Source: an uncultured bacterium (GTDB taxonomy: Bacteria; Patescibacteriota; Saccharimonadia; Saccharimonadales; 2-12-FULL-41-12). From it: DNA of 64,000 nucleotides. Made by a program: the position numbers and the translations under genes. The notes below the pieces were generated by a model, which worked only from the letters and a program-made list of their open reading frames with translations, was not told where the DNA came from and did not search any database. Location: positions 199,572 through 263,571 of the forward strand of contig CAWIAU010000001.1 of assembly GCA_963834265.1 (NCBI GenBank), written 5' to 3'. Of this stretch, positions 18,452-29,329 are shown piece by piece; position 1 is the first letter of the stretch; each line of letters opens with the position of its first letter.

Positions 18452-20242
18452 GTGAGTATTCTGTCTGATACGAGTCAGACTAAACTGGAGGTTCTATTAG
18501 TCTCTGAAAAAATACTTACTAAAGCCCAGCTGGAGGCTTACAAAGCCGAGGCCGAGGCCGAAACTGAACCTCTGGTAGGCTATCTTATCAGCAAAAAAGC
18601 TCTGTCCGATGAGCTTCTGACCAAACTGACGGCAAAGATAAACCATGTGCCCTATGTAAATCTGACAGAAGCCCGCGTAGAACGTAATATCCTTCGTTTA
18701 TTACCTAAAGATCTGGCAGAAAGGTACATGGCAGTACCGCTGGGCCAGATGCAGAACCAGCTTATAGTTGCTATGCTCGATGCCGACAATGTCCAGGCAG
18801 CTGACTTTTTATCGAACCGGATTGGCCGGCCCCTCAAGCTATACACTGCATCTGAAGAGGGCATACGTAAGGTCCTGAAGCAGTATGACGAGGACGTCGA
18901 AGCCGATGTTGCCAAGGCGATCGGGGTGGATGTCAAAAAAGACGGAGATGTTGACGTAGAGGCACCGGCAGCCAGTTCGCAGGTCAAGACTATCGTCCTT
19001 GATTCCCCTATCAGCAAGGCGCTTTCTGCAATTCTGGAGTACGCAGCCAACGTCAAAGCCAGCGATATTCATATTGAACCCTTAGAGAATGAGTTGAAAA
19101 TCCGTTGTCGTGTAGACGGCGTTCTGCGTGAAATTATGAAACTGCCGAAATCGACTGAACCCCCGCTTATTTCACGTATCAAAATTCTGAGCAACCTGAA
19201 AATTGATGAACATCGTATTCCGCAGGACGGCCAGTTCACCGTAGCCGTCAAGGGCAACCCGATTGACCTTCGTATTGCTATCTCTCCGGTAGTCTGGGGC
19301 GAGCAGATTGTCATTCGTTTGCTCGACAAAACAGGTACCAGTCTCAAACTCGAAGATATGGGCTACCATGGCCGGGCACTCAGAACCATCCGCAAGGGAC
19401 TCCTGCAGTCGAATGGAATGATTCTGACATCAGGACCAACCGGTTCAGGTAAGTCTACCTCAATGTACGCTCTGATACAGGAGCTGAAAGACGATAGTAT
19501 TAATATCGTTACCCTGGAAGATCCTGTCGAATACAAAATGGACGGAATCAACCAGATTCAGGTAAATACTGAAGTCGGCCTGACTTTTGCCTCGGGTCTT
19601 CGCTCTATCCTGCGTCAGGACCCTGATGTAGTGATGGTCGGGGAAATACGTGATAAAGAAACCGCTCAGCTTGCCGTGCAGGCAGCGCTGACAGGCCACC
19701 TTGTTCTGAGCACTCTGCACACCAACAGTGCGGCTGGTATTTTGCCGCGACTTCTTGATATGGGGGTAGAGCCGTTCCTGATCGCCAGTACAGTCCGTAC
19801 AGTCATTGGCCAGCGTCTGGTACGCCGGGTGGCTGATAGTGTACGTGAACCATACCAGTCAACACCGGCGGAACTCCAGGCGATTACAGCCGGTATCAAT
19901 CATCTTTTGCCGACAACTCAGGAACAGCGTGCTACATTTGCCGCTGACCTTGGCTACAAAGACTTGCCTCTGGCAGGCCAAAGTGCTTATACTTTAAGCA
20001 GAGGTACAGATGGTCCTGAAACCCCGGGCGGTTTCAAAGGGCGGATGGGTATCTATGAGGTATTCGAGATAGACGAAGTGATTCAGCAGCTTATTCTGAA
20101 GCGTTCGACAAGTTCGGAGATTCAACGGGCCGCTCAGGCGAACGGCATGATAACTATGAGGGAAGACGGTTATCTCAAAGCACTGGCCGGTCAAACGACG
20201 ATTTCCGAAGTGAACCGCGTGGCTGCGACTGATAGTGCGTAA
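18452..20242 (+). CDS. pilB: type IV pilus assembly ATPase PilB (GspE family)
   Basis: GTG start. Walker A (GPTGSGKST), Asp box, Walker B and His box (TGHLVLSTLHTN). Confidence 0.93.
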   Translation: MSILSDTSQTKLEVLLVSEKILTKAQLEAYKAEAEAETEPLVGYLISKKALSDELLTKLTAKINHVPYVNLTEARVERNILRLLPKDLAERYMAVPLGQMQNQLIVAMLDADNVQAADFLSNRIGRPLKLYTASEEGIRKVLKQYDEDVEADVAKAIGVDVKKDGDVDVEAPAASSQVKTIVLDSPISKALSAILEYAANVKASDIHIEPLENELKIRCRVDGVLREIMKLPKSTEPPLISRIKILSNLKIDEHRIPQDGQFTVAVKGNPIDLRIAISPVVWGEQIVIRLLDKTGTSLKLEDMGYHGRALRTIRKGLLQSNGMILTSGPTGSGKSTSMYALIQELKDDSINIVTLEDPVEYKMDGINQIQVNTEVGLTFASGLRSILRQDPDVVMVGEIRDKETAQLAVQAALTGHLVLSTLHTNSAAGILPRLLDMGVEPFLIASTVRTVIGQRLVRRVADSVREPYQSTPAELQAITAGINHLLPTTQEQRATFAADLGYKDLPLAGQSAYTLSRGTDGPETPGGFKGRMGIYEVFEIDEVIQQLILKRSTSSEIQRAAQANGMITMREDGYLKALAGQTTISEVNRVAATDSA

Positions 20243-20272
20243 TGAATCATAATATGATAGGAATGGTGGGAT

Positions 20273-21337
20273 ATGCAAACCGTACGAATTGAACTGTTAC
20301 TCGAGGAAGTCATCAAGCTTAAGGCTTCTGATCTGCACTTACAAGTAGGGTTAACGCCCATGCTTAGAGTAGATGGAGCGCTTACACCTGTTGTGAGTTC
20401 GACAATACTTACCGAAGAGGCACTTGAATCACTGCTTTTTGCCATAATGGATGAGGAGCAGAAACAGATCCTGTTAAAGGACAAGGAATTTGACTTTAGT
20501 TTTGCTTTCGGCGACCTGGGAAGATTTCGCGTAAATGCTTTTCATGAACGCGGTAATCTGGCAGCTGCACTGCGTTTGATACCTAACCAACTGCTAACGA
20601 CAGAACAGCTTGGGTTGCCAAAAATTATCGATACATTCGCAGAATATCCCAGAGGACTTGTGCTGGTGACAGGACCAACCGGTTCCGGCAAGTCCACTAC
20701 TCTTGCCGCGCTGGTAGATAAAATCAACACAGAGCGGGCAGCACATATTGTTACTATCGAAGATCCGATTGAGTTTACCCATAAGAGCAAGCGTTCGGTG
20801 GTTGTTCAGCGCGAAGTCCATTACGATACTTATTCTTTCTCTGCGGCACTCAGGAGTAGTTTGCGTCAGGACCCTGATGTGGTGCTGATCGGTGAGATGC
20901 GCGACCTCGAAACTATCGCAGCTGCTATTACTATCGCCGAAACAGGTCACCTGGTCTTTGCAACACTACACACCAATAGCGCGGCTCAGAGTATTGACCG
21001 TATGATAGATGTCTTCCCGCCCCACCAGCAGCCCCAGGTTCGTGCCCAGTTGAGCAATATACTAATGGCAATATGCTCACAGCGCCTTGTACCTTCTATT
21101 GGCGGCGGCCGTGTCGTTGCTGCCGAACTGCTTATCGGTAACCCTGCGGTTCGTAATATTATCCGTGAGGGCAAAAGTCACCAGCTGGATGCCGTGATCC
21201 AGACCGGAGCCGAGTTCGGTATGCAATCAATGGACAAAACACTGGTAAATCTCATTCATGGCGGTACTATTACCTATGATGAAGCCCGGAATGTGGCTGT
21301 TGATATTGATGAACTAGACAGATTAATGAGAAGGTAG
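20273..21337 (+). CDS. pilT: twitching-motility retraction ATPase PilT
   Basis: 354 aa. ASDLHL..., GPTGSGKST and TGHLVFATLHTNSAAQSIDRMIDVFP are typical of PilT. Confidence 0.92.
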   Translation: MQTVRIELLLEEVIKLKASDLHLQVGLTPMLRVDGALTPVVSSTILTEEALESLLFAIMDEEQKQILLKDKEFDFSFAFGDLGRFRVNAFHERGNLAAALRLIPNQLLTTEQLGLPKIIDTFAEYPRGLVLVTGPTGSGKSTTLAALVDKINTERAAHIVTIEDPIEFTHKSKRSVVVQREVHYDTYSFSAALRSSLRQDPDVVLIGEMRDLETIAAAITIAETGHLVFATLHTNSAAQSIDRMIDVFPPHQQPQVRAQLSNILMAICSQRLVPSIGGGRVVAAELLIGNPAVRNIIREGKSHQLDAVIQTGAEFGMQSMDKTLVNLIHGGTITYDEARNVAVDIDELDRLMRR

Positions 21338-21349
21338 GAGCCTGTATCA

Positions 21350-22573
21350 ATGTACGCTTTCTCATACACCGCAAAAGACCCTAAAACAGGGCAGAGCATC
21401 AAATCCGTTCTACAAGCCGACAGCGAGGCGGCGGCCGCACGCCTGTTGCAATCACAGGGCCTGGCTCCTCTTAACATCAAATTGATTGATGATCACAAGA
21501 ACACCATGTTCGGAGTTTTTGGTAAGAAGAAGATCAAGACCAAAGACCGAATAATTTTCTCACGGCAGCTTTCGACGCTTATTGACGCCGGCCTGCCCCT
21601 TGCCCAGAGTCTGCACAACGTGAATAATCAGACACCTAACGGACCCCTGAAGATTATAATTACTCAGCTTATCAGCGACGTGGAGGCCGGCATGTCTTTT
21701 TCTCAGGCACTCGCCAAGCATCCCAAAATTTTCAATAATATCTACGTGAGCCTGGTTGCGGCCGGCGAGGCGTCAGGAACACTCGACAAAGCCCTTGAGC
21801 GCATTGCTTTCCAGCAGGAAAAAGACGCTGAAATTGTAGCCAAAGTCCGCGGTGCGCTGATGTATCCGCTGATTGTGGTTGTAGTCATGTTCATCGTCAT
21901 AGGCTTCATGATTACTAAGGTGCTTCCTCAGGTAGAAGTTATCTATAATGGTATTCCGGGCGCCCAGCTCCCGCTTCTGACCAGAGTGCTTCTGTCCATA
22001 TCCCGCTTTAGCGTGAAGTACTGGTGGGTGGTGCTGATAGTTACGGGCCTTATCACTTATGTTCTGATACGGTACACCAAAACCGGTCCCGGCAGGGAAG
22101 CGGTAGATAAATTCAAGATGCGCAGCTGGCCTATCGGCCCGTTGTTTATGAAAATGTATATGGCCCGCTTTGCCCGTACCGCCGGTGCGCTTATTTCCAG
22201 CGGAGTACCACTGATTCAGATGCTCGAGATTGTAGCAATTTCTGTCAACAATGCCCATGTAGAAAAAACCATCAGACGTTCTATAGAAAAAGTTAAGGGT
22301 GGCAAATCACTGTCGGAAACACTGGAAGGGGACCCGAACTTCCTGCCGCTGGTGCCAAGCATGCTCAAAATCGGCGAAGAATCGGGATCTATGGAGAAGA
22401 TGCTCGACAAGACCGCTGTATATTATGAAAAAGAGGTTGATGATCAGATCAAGGCAGTATCTACCATTATCGAGCCGGTACTCATGATTGTGCTTGGGGT
22501 TGTGGCCTTTATTATCGTTGCCGCGGTCCTGTTGCCGATCTATGCGCTGGTTGGTAAGGATATTATACGATGA
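21350..22573 (+). CDS. pilC: type IV pilus platform protein PilC (GspF family)
   Basis: 407 aa with a duplicated T2SS-F domain and three TM segments. Confidence 0.92.
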   Translation: MYAFSYTAKDPKTGQSIKSVLQADSEAAAARLLQSQGLAPLNIKLIDDHKNTMFGVFGKKKIKTKDRIIFSRQLSTLIDAGLPLAQSLHNVNNQTPNGPLKIIITQLISDVEAGMSFSQALAKHPKIFNNIYVSLVAAGEASGTLDKALERIAFQQEKDAEIVAKVRGALMYPLIVVVVMFIVIGFMITKVLPQVEVIYNGIPGAQLPLLTRVLLSISRFSVKYWWVVLIVTGLITYVLIRYTKTGPGREAVDKFKMRSWPIGPLFMKMYMARFARTAGALISSGVPLIQMLEIVAISVNNAHVEKTIRRSIEKVKGGKSLSETLEGDPNFLPLVPSMLKIGEESGSMEKMLDKTAVYYEKEVDDQIKAVSTIIEPVLMIVLGVVAFIIVAAVLLPIYALVGKDIIR

Positions 22574-22588
22574 CCATGCGAACAGGGA

Positions 22589-22617
22589 TTGCATTAATGT
22601 TACATGTAGGCTATATT
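22589..22617 (+). promoter_or_regulatory. sigma70-like promoter of the pilin gene
   Basis: TTGCAT (22589-22594), a 17-nt spacer, then TATATT (22612-22617). Confidence 0.45.
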
Positions 22618-22678
22618 CATAACCATAAGTACTAATATAGTAGTAAAAACGGGCACCATTTAAGGGGAAACTAATATC

Positions 22679-23149
22679 ATGAGCAAACAATTAAAAACCA
22701 AACAACAAGGCTTCACTATCATCGAAGTTCTGATCGTTCTGGCGATTGTCGGATTGATTATTCTGATTGTCTTCCTGGCCGTTCCTGCTCTGCAGCGTAA
22801 CTCCCGTAACACACAGCGCAAGACTGATGTAGGAAATATTGCCGCCGCCATGAATGAATTTATTGCGAATCACCAGGGCCAGGTGCCTGCGGACCAGGCT
22901 GAATTTGAATCTGACGTGGTTCCCAACGCCAAGACCAGCCTTTACACCGTTGCTGAAATGACCTATGAAAATCCATCGGTTACTCCGATATCACTGGATG
23001 TGGATAATCTTGTTATAGCAACAAATGCCAGGTGTGATCCTGCCAACGACGGAAATATCGTTGCCGGGGGTACCCGTAATTTTGTCGCCCTCTACAGTAT
23101 CGAGAATGGTACAGCTGCCGGAATGCAGGAAATATGTCAGGAAATCTAG
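22679..23149 (+). CDS. major type IV pilin
   Basis: Prepilin leader ending in G, then FTIIEVLIVLAIVGLI with Glu at +5. 156 aa with its own promoter and terminator. Confidence 0.9.
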   Translation: MSKQLKTKQQGFTIIEVLIVLAIVGLIILIVFLAVPALQRNSRNTQRKTDVGNIAAAMNEFIANHQGQVPADQAEFESDVVPNAKTSLYTVAEMTYENPSVTPISLDVDNLVIATNARCDPANDGNIVAGGTRNFVALYSIENGTAAGMQEICQEI

Positions 23150-23174
23150 CATAAATCTAAGTAGGAAATTAATA

Positions 23175-23209
23175 AAACAGGTCCTGAATTCAGGACCTGT
23201 TTCAATTTA
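23175..23209 (+). terminator. intrinsic terminator after the pilin gene
   Basis: Perfect 12-bp stem AAACAGGTCCTG / CAGGACCTGTTT with an AATT loop, followed by TTTCAATTT. Confidence 0.7.
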
Positions 23210-23215
23210 AAAAAT

Positions 23216-24112
23216 ATGCTGCTAATAATTTATCTAGGTATCTTGGGACTGTGTTTCGGTAGTTTTATAAATGCCCTCGTTTACAGACTGCATAAGCAAT
23301 CTGAGGAGGGGTCAGTAGTCAGTAGTCAGGAATCAGTTAAGAAGAAATCAAAAAAACTGAATACTGATAACAGATTACTTACTACTCAAAATCGTTACTC
23401 GATTTTGCATGGGCGTAGCATGTGTGTGCACTGCAGGCATCAGCTGGCCGTCAAAGACCTGCTGCCGGTCGTGAGCTGGCTGTTGCTTGCGGGAAGGTGC
23501 CGTTATTGTAGCAATCCTATATCCTTGCAGTATCCGGCCGTAGAGCTGCTGACCGCGGCTTTATTCGTCCTGTCATACCTTTCCTGGCCCGGGTTCCAGG
23601 GCCCGTCCCCGGGAATAACTGAGGCATTGGTGTTTGGATTATGGCTCATAGCCCTGATAGGATTGATTGCATTGGCGGTATATGACATCAGGTGGATGTT
23701 GCTGCCGAACCGTATCATTTTTCCGCTGTACGGACTGGCGATTATGTATGCCTGTGCCCTTGTATTTCAACAAGGTACAACGGGTGCCCTTTTCGACGTT
23801 TTGCTGGGGTCTCTCATAGGTGGTGGCATGTTCTATGTATTATTTCAGATATCGAATGGCCAGTGGATAGGCGGTGGGGACGTAAAGCTGGGATTTTTTA
23901 TAGGTGCACTTGCCGGCAGTGCCATACAATCTGTTCTGATGCTTTTTCTGGCATCGTTACTCGGTACTCTGTGGATATTGCCGCTACTTGCTGTCGGGAA
24001 AATAACCCGGAAAACCCGTATACCATTCGGTCCTTTTCTAATCACGGCCTGCGTTATTGTAGTGCTTTTCGGCAGTTCAATAACCTCTTGGTACGCAAGC
24101 CTCTTTCTCTGA
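23216..24112 (+). CDS. pilD: prepilin peptidase PilD (A24 family)
   Basis: Polytopic protein with N-terminal CxxC...CxxC (CVHCRH...CRYC) and the GGGDVKL aspartyl-protease motif. Confidence 0.92.
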   Translation: MLLIIYLGILGLCFGSFINALVYRLHKQSEEGSVVSSQESVKKKSKKLNTDNRLLTTQNRYSILHGRSMCVHCRHQLAVKDLLPVVSWLLLAGRCRYCSNPISLQYPAVELLTAALFVLSYLSWPGFQGPSPGITEALVFGLWLIALIGLIALAVYDIRWMLLPNRIIFPLYGLAIMYACALVFQQGTTGALFDVLLGSLIGGGMFYVLFQISNGQWIGGGDVKLGFFIGALAGSAIQSVLMLFLASLLGTLWILPLLAVGKITRKTRIPFGPFLITACVIVVLFGSSITSWYASLFL

Positions 24113-24146
24113 TAATTTCTATAGTGCTTGTGGTATAATTTGGTAC

Positions 24147-25085
24147 ATGAAATACGGCCCTGGACTCAGGTCTCAGAGAAGTGGCTATACTATTATAGAA
24201 GTGATGATCTTTTTTGCGGTCTCGGCTATTTTGTTCGGGTCTGTTTATGCAACTTTTAGTCTGCAAAGCCGGCGCGGAGAATTTACCGAGGGAGTGAGAA
24301 AAATCGAAACCAGTGTCAGGGATGTACTGAATGATGTAGAGACAGGTTTTTATCCCGCCTCAAGAGATTTCAGATGCGTCGTTGATCCGGGCACAGGTGC
24401 CTTAACTCTGGCTCCCGCAACCGGAGGTGCAGCCGATCAGGAGCAGGGAGGCAAGCAGGACTGTGTTTTTCTGGGCAGGGCTTTTCAGTTTAATCCTCTG
24501 AACGGAGGCGGGCCGGTGTCTTTCAACAGCTATAATGTATATACCATTGCCGGCAAGCGCCTTAATGCACAGCCTTCCGCTACAAATTCTGAGATCACGA
24601 ATACGGTCATATCAGTAGAAGATGCGGATCCAACCGCCATCACCGAGGGAGTAGACGGTATTGCTTTCGATACCAGACCTACCAATACATCCGTAGGTGT
24701 AACGCGCATTTTTAATCCGGCGGGTTCTGCACCCTTTGAGGATATGGGCGGTTTTGTAGTGCTCAGCGGTTTTGGACCCAGTGACGCAACAGGGAGCAAG
24801 ACCGGCACTATTCGTACTACTCTCATAAGTTTGCAGAGCTACGGTGGCGCACCTCCGCGGGCCGAACTGAACGACAGCACAGGAACTTACTCGACTGTCG
24901 ATTTTGTGAACCGGCTGGAGAGGATTGAATCGCCCCATACTCTGCCGGACGGCGTTGTTATTTGTCTCAGAGAAGACCCCGTAGCTGTGTCGGGCAGAAG
25001 AGCCTCAATAACCATTGGCGGTGATGTCAGTGGTCCTACCACTTTTGTAGATTTTGATAACTCAGCCAACGCAGGGTGTCCGTAA
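24147..25085 (+). CDS. minor pilin / pseudopilin
   Basis: Prepilin-type N-terminus QRSG|YTIIEVMIFFAV (Gly at -1, Glu at +5). Confidence 0.8.
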   Translation: MKYGPGLRSQRSGYTIIEVMIFFAVSAILFGSVYATFSLQSRRGEFTEGVRKIETSVRDVLNDVETGFYPASRDFRCVVDPGTGALTLAPATGGAADQEQGGKQDCVFLGRAFQFNPLNGGGPVSFNSYNVYTIAGKRLNAQPSATNSEITNTVISVEDADPTAITEGVDGIAFDTRPTNTSVGVTRIFNPAGSAPFEDMGGFVVLSGFGPSDATGSKTGTIRTTLISLQSYGGAPPRAELNDSTGTYSTVDFVNRLERIESPHTLPDGVVICLREDPVAVSGRRASITIGGDVSGPTTFVDFDNSANAGCP

Positions 25086-25558
25086 TGAGGAGCCGGCTAT
25101 CACAAAAAGGCGACACGATAGCAGAGGTTATGATTTCGTGCGCGGTAACCGCTTTGATACTGACCAGCGCTTTTATTCTGGCTAACCATAGCGTCAAGTC
25201 TACACGTCAGGCGCAGGAACGCAGCGAAGCTCTGAATATAGCGCAGGGCCAGCTGGAGAACTTTACCAACGAATTGATTACCGGTGGCAGTATTGATCTT
25301 GGCGGAAACGCTTTTTGTCTGCAGGACGGAACAGCACTGGCGCCCGATGTGACTTTTATATCCCATGGACCATTACTTTTGCCGCCTGACGATCCGTTTT
25401 ATCCATTAGAATGCAGACGACAGAATTTATACGGCATTGCTATTACCCGGACCGATCCTGCGTTACCAAATACCTATGATATTACTGTAAGCTGGCCCAG
25501 TATTAACGGGGACGGATATGACGACGTAGTGTTAACGGTCAGAAACTACGGGAACTAA
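25076..25558 (+). CDS. minor pilin / pseudopilin
   Basis: Prepilin-type N-terminus SQKG|DTIAEVMISCAV. Confidence 0.75.
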   Translation: MSVMRSRLSQKGDTIAEVMISCAVTALILTSAFILANHSVKSTRQAQERSEALNIAQGQLENFTNELITGGSIDLGGNAFCLQDGTALAPDVTFISHGPLLLPPDDPFYPLECRRQNLYGIAITRTDPALPNTYDITVSWPSINGDGYDDVVLTVRNYGN

Positions 25559-25563
25559 TCAGG

Positions 25564-26334
25564 ATGTTCATGTCAGTCTCTGCACAACGAAATAAACGCC
25601 AGCAAGGATTTACCATCATAGAACTGATGATGGCTACTACAGTATTCGCTGTTATTCTGTTGATTATCTCGTTCGGTATCGCAGCAATTGGCCGGCTGTA
25701 CTTCAAGAGTAATATCTCGACCCGGATCCAGGAATCCAATCGCTCGGTAGTAGAAGACATTTCCCGGACGATTCAGTTCGGCAACTCTTCTGTGCTGTCT
25801 ATGCCGGATCCGACGCTTATTACTGATAATCCGGCTGACCCGCATTCGGTATGTATCGGTGACACGCGCTATACCTATATTCTTGACAGGCCGGTATCTA
25901 CTGACGCTCTTGCGCCCCAACATGCATTGTGGGTCGATAAATTACAGATTCCCGGTGTGTGCCCGGTTGATCTGCCTGACCTTAGCCGGGACAATCCGTC
26001 GAACTTTAATACAGCATTAACCGGAACTGCTGTTGACGGCGGAGGTGCTCCTACTTCAGGCAAGGAGCTGTTAGGTAAAGATATGAGAGTCCTTGGTTTT
26101 GATGTGGATCTGATAGGAGGTACCGTTTATAAAATCAACGTACGAATAGCTTACGGTGACAGCGAGTATCTGACACATTATGATAATGCGGGCGTGGCTG
26201 TCGACCTTGACGGAGATGCTGTCACCGGAGACAGAGGCGATTTCCGGGCCGCAATATGCCGCAGTACCTCTCAGGGCGGAGCTTACTGTGCAATTTCCGA
26301 GCTGGACACTACCATAAAGAAGCGTATAAACTAA
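25564..26334 (+). CDS. minor pilin / pseudopilin
   Basis: Prepilin-type N-terminus RQQG|FTIIELMMATTVFAV. Confidence 0.8.
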   Translation: MFMSVSAQRNKRQQGFTIIELMMATTVFAVILLIISFGIAAIGRLYFKSNISTRIQESNRSVVEDISRTIQFGNSSVLSMPDPTLITDNPADPHSVCIGDTRYTYILDRPVSTDALAPQHALWVDKLQIPGVCPVDLPDLSRDNPSNFNTALTGTAVDGGGAPTSGKELLGKDMRVLGFDVDLIGGTVYKINVRIAYGDSEYLTHYDNAGVAVDLDGDAVTGDRGDFRAAICRSTSQGGAYCAISELDTTIKKRIN

Positions 26335-26355
26335 GGGCATAAGCGGATATAAACT

Positions 26356-27471
26356 ATGAAACACTTTAAATATAAAAGTTTGCTAAATGACCAAAGAGGT
26401 GTAGCCTCTACGGTTGTAGTCATACTGGTTATGACGATTCTCACACTCATAGTCATAGGTATGTCTCAGACCGCTAACAAAGAGCAGCGTCAGGCGCTTG
26501 ACCGCGAACTGAGTACCCAGGCAGTCTATGCAGCGGAGTCCGGCATCAGCGATGTGCTGAATTATCTGGATGAGAATCCTCCTCCTGCGTCTCCGCCCCG
26601 AAAGACTGAGTGTGTCGATAATCCAAGCCTTGTTACGCCGCCAAATCCGAATAGTTCGAACGTGACCGCCGATGGCAACGTTAAGTATACCTGCGCTCTC
26701 TATGACCAGACTCCGCTTATACTGGAATATTCATCTATTGGCACTGATCGCTCGGAGCTGATACCGATTTCCAGTACAGATGGCGTAATCTCCAATATTA
26801 CTTTGTCCTGGCAGGACAAGGGCGGCTCCAGCCCGCTGTGTAACGGCGCTTCTCCCACTCCGGCCAGTCTACCCTCTACAGCGACATATGCCTGCGGCAT
26901 AGGAGCCCTCCGTATAGAACTTATTGATATCCGGAATCCGGCTGCCGTATCCAGGACCACCCTGACCAACAATTTGTTTACTGCTTTTCTTTTCCCTCGC
27001 TCAGGCGGAGCTTCTCCAACTCCTGTAGCGTTTACGACTGTTCCTGCCGCTTCTACTCCGGCTGCAACAACTCCCCGTCTGATAAATGCCGGCTGTATCA
27101 ATGCTCCGACACCTCCCCGCAAGAAATGTTCTGTTCAGATAAATAATCTCAATGTACCCCAGAACGAAAGAATGTTCCTTCGGATCAAGTCTATTTACAG
27201 GGATTCAGAAGTTGCTATAGAAAATAACGGTGGCGGTGCAGCAGCTATCGGTTTTGCCGGAGCACAAGTCGTCATAGATGTTACCGGCAGGGCCAACGAT
27301 GTATTGAAGCGCATCCAGGTGCGTTCCCCTATACGCGATAAGCATTATTTCCCTGAATTCGGACTCCAGAGTACAGATAGCATTTGTAAACTTATACAGA
27401 TCGATAGTGATGCTACAAATAACACATATCGAAGCACAAATCTTTGCGATAACCCTCCTCTGACCCCCTGA
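26356..27471 (+). CDS. PilX-like minor pilin
   Basis: N-terminus QRGVASTVVVILVMTILTLIVIGMSQ with no Glu at +5, as in the PilX N-terminal domain. Last gene of the pil cluster. Confidence 0.65.
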   Translation: MKHFKYKSLLNDQRGVASTVVVILVMTILTLIVIGMSQTANKEQRQALDRELSTQAVYAAESGISDVLNYLDENPPPASPPRKTECVDNPSLVTPPNPNSSNVTADGNVKYTCALYDQTPLILEYSSIGTDRSELIPISSTDGVISNITLSWQDKGGSSPLCNGASPTPASLPSTATYACGIGALRIELIDIRNPAAVSRTTLTNNLFTAFLFPRSGGASPTPVAFTTVPAASTPAATTPRLINAGCINAPTPPRKKCSVQINNLNVPQNERMFLRIKSIYRDSEVAIENNGGGAAAIGFAGAQVVIDVTGRANDVLKRIQVRSPIRDKHYFPEFGLQSTDSICKLIQIDSDATNNTYRSTNLCDNPPLTP

Positions 27472-27491
27472 GCTAAAGTATCCACTCGCGC

Positions 27492-28409
27492 TCAGGAAAC
27501 TTCTTTGCGGTGGAATCGTTCGTGGACACTTTTTAAGTGTGGATCCGTTACATGCGTATAGATCTGGGTAGTGGCGATATTACTATGGCCCAGCATAGCC
27601 TGTACGCTCCTCAGATCGGCACCGTTCATCAGCAGATCGGTTGCAAAACTATGACGCAGAGTATGGGGACTGACGTGTTTTGTTATGCCTGCAAGGAGGG
27701 CATAGCGCGCCACCATTCGCTGCACACTCCGGGGTGTTAATCGCAAATAATTTCCGGTGACATCCGGTTTTTTATGTCCTCCTACGCGCACAAACAAGGC
27801 AGGTGACTTGTCCTCACGTTTATCCAGGTAGTGTTGAATCCATTCTGCAGCTTCGGGGCTGATAAATATCGGACGGTCTTTTTGTCCTTTACCCCGCACC
27901 ATGAATTCCATACGTTTCAGATTGATATGATCGCGGTTAAGCCCCGTCAGCTCAGATACGCGCAAACCACTCGAATACAGAAGCTCCAGGATAGCCCGGT
28001 CGCGGAGACCGGCTGCAGATGCTATATCCGGCTGCTCGAATAATCCGGCCAGTTCTTCGGGAGAAAGAAAGGTTACCTGGGCGCGCCTGGTTCGCGCCAG
28101 TTCTATCTTGTCAGCGCTGAGTGCCGGAATATCGCGTTTGGAACAGTACTTAAGAAAACTGCGCAGAGCAATAAGATGGTAATTCTGCGTATTCTTCTGC
28201 AGCTCATCGCTGGTATTGGTGCCCAATCTGTTGAGCCACAGCCGCCATTTTCTGATTAGTTCCGGTGTAACTTCGGTGATTTCTATATCACCGGCATAAT
28301 CTGTCAGCCGGGTCAGATAATGATGATAATTCTCAATCGTTTTTTGTGATCTGTTTTGTTCGATTTCCAGATATTCAAGAAAATCCACAAGCAGTGGTTG
28401 AACACGCAT
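27492..28409 (-). CDS. tyrosine recombinase, XerC/XerD family
   Basis: 305 aa with an N-terminal SAM-like core-binding domain. C-terminal catalytic R...HxLRH...Y context (HTLRHSFATDLL, LGHSNIATTQIYTHV). Confidence 0.9.
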   Translation of the reverse strand: MRVQPLLVDFLEYLEIEQNRSQKTIENYHHYLTRLTDYAGDIEITEVTPELIRKWRLWLNRLGTNTSDELQKNTQNYHLIALRSFLKYCSKRDIPALSADKIELARTRRAQVTFLSPEELAGLFEQPDIASAAGLRDRAILELLYSSGLRVSELTGLNRDHINLKRMEFMVRGKGQKDRPIFISPEAAEWIQHYLDKREDKSPALFVRVGGHKKPDVTGNYLRLTPRSVQRMVARYALLAGITKHVSPHTLRHSFATDLLMNGADLRSVQAMLGHSNIATTQIYTHVTDPHLKSVHERFHRKEVS

Positions 28410-28599
28410 CCCGTTAGAGTTCCCGATCAGTAATGATCAGTCGTTTATGTTTCTGACTCAGTTTGGAATAAGCTCTGACTGAACGCATATGTTTATTGTA
28501 CGACATAATAGACGGGAAACTAATTTGACCTGATAAATTCTGATTCTACTCTTGTGCCATATCTGTTAGAATAAAAGTTATTAGTTAAACAGGACATAT

Positions 28600-29064
28600 A
28601 TGGAGCTAACACTGATTATTGCGAAGCCTGATGCTTTGCAGCGAGGCCTTGTCGGAGAAATTATCCGCAGATTCGAGGCAAAAGGCCTCAAACTCATAGG
28701 TATCAAAATGCTGTCACTCAATAGCGAGCTTCTGCAGGAGCATTACAGCGAGCATCTGGAGAAGCCATTCTATGCGGGTCTGGAAGAATTTATGAAGAGT
28801 TCGCCGGTTGTAGTGATGGCGTGGGAAGGCTATGAATGCGTTAATTCAGTTCGTCTGCTGGTGGGTTCTACCAATCCGCGTGAAGCCGGGGCCGGTACTA
28901 TCCGTGGTGACCTGGCGATTGGAGCCGGCCGCAATCTTATTCACGCCTCTGACAGCCCGGCCAGCGGAGCGGCAGAGGTCGGAAGATTCTTCAGTAAAAC
29001 AGAACTATTCGAGTACGACAAATCCGAATACCTGCACGTGTACGAGTCGTCCGAGAGAGAGTAG
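28600..29064 (+). CDS. ndk: nucleoside diphosphate kinase
   Basis: ELTLIIAKPDALQRGLVGEIIRRFE and NLIHASDS (catalytic His) are NDK signatures. Confidence 0.93.
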   Translation: MELTLIIAKPDALQRGLVGEIIRRFEAKGLKLIGIKMLSLNSELLQEHYSEHLEKPFYAGLEEFMKSSPVVVMAWEGYECVNSVRLLVGSTNPREAGAGTIRGDLAIGAGRNLIHASDSPASGAAEVGRFFSKTELFEYDKSEYLHVYESSERE

Positions 29065-29177
29065 TGGTCTTTTGGGTCCCTGTAGTTTAATGGACCTGCG
29101 CACCAGTCTGCTTGCGGTAAATGGTGTGGGGCAAGTAGAATAACGAACGGACTCTGTCCGGCGCTTTTTATTCCCGG

Positions 29178-29252
29178 GCCCCTATAGTTCAATGGATAGA
29201 ATATCTCCGTCCTAAGGAGCAGATCTACGTTCGAATCGTAGTGGGGGCACCA
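29178..29252 (+). tRNA. tRNA-Arg (anticodon CCT), CCA encoded
   Basis: Hand-folded cloverleaf: acceptor GCCCCTA/TGGGGGC, D arm GTTC-AATGGATA-GAAT, anticodon loop GTCCTAA, T arm CTACG-TTCGAAT-CGTAG. There is a 27:43 mismatch. Confidence 0.85.
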
Positions 29253-29329
29253 AAAAGTGCCGGATCCTGAATGAGCAGTAAGGTTCGACTCCTCTCCTGT
29301 TTTCCAATATCGTATAATAAGTACTAAGC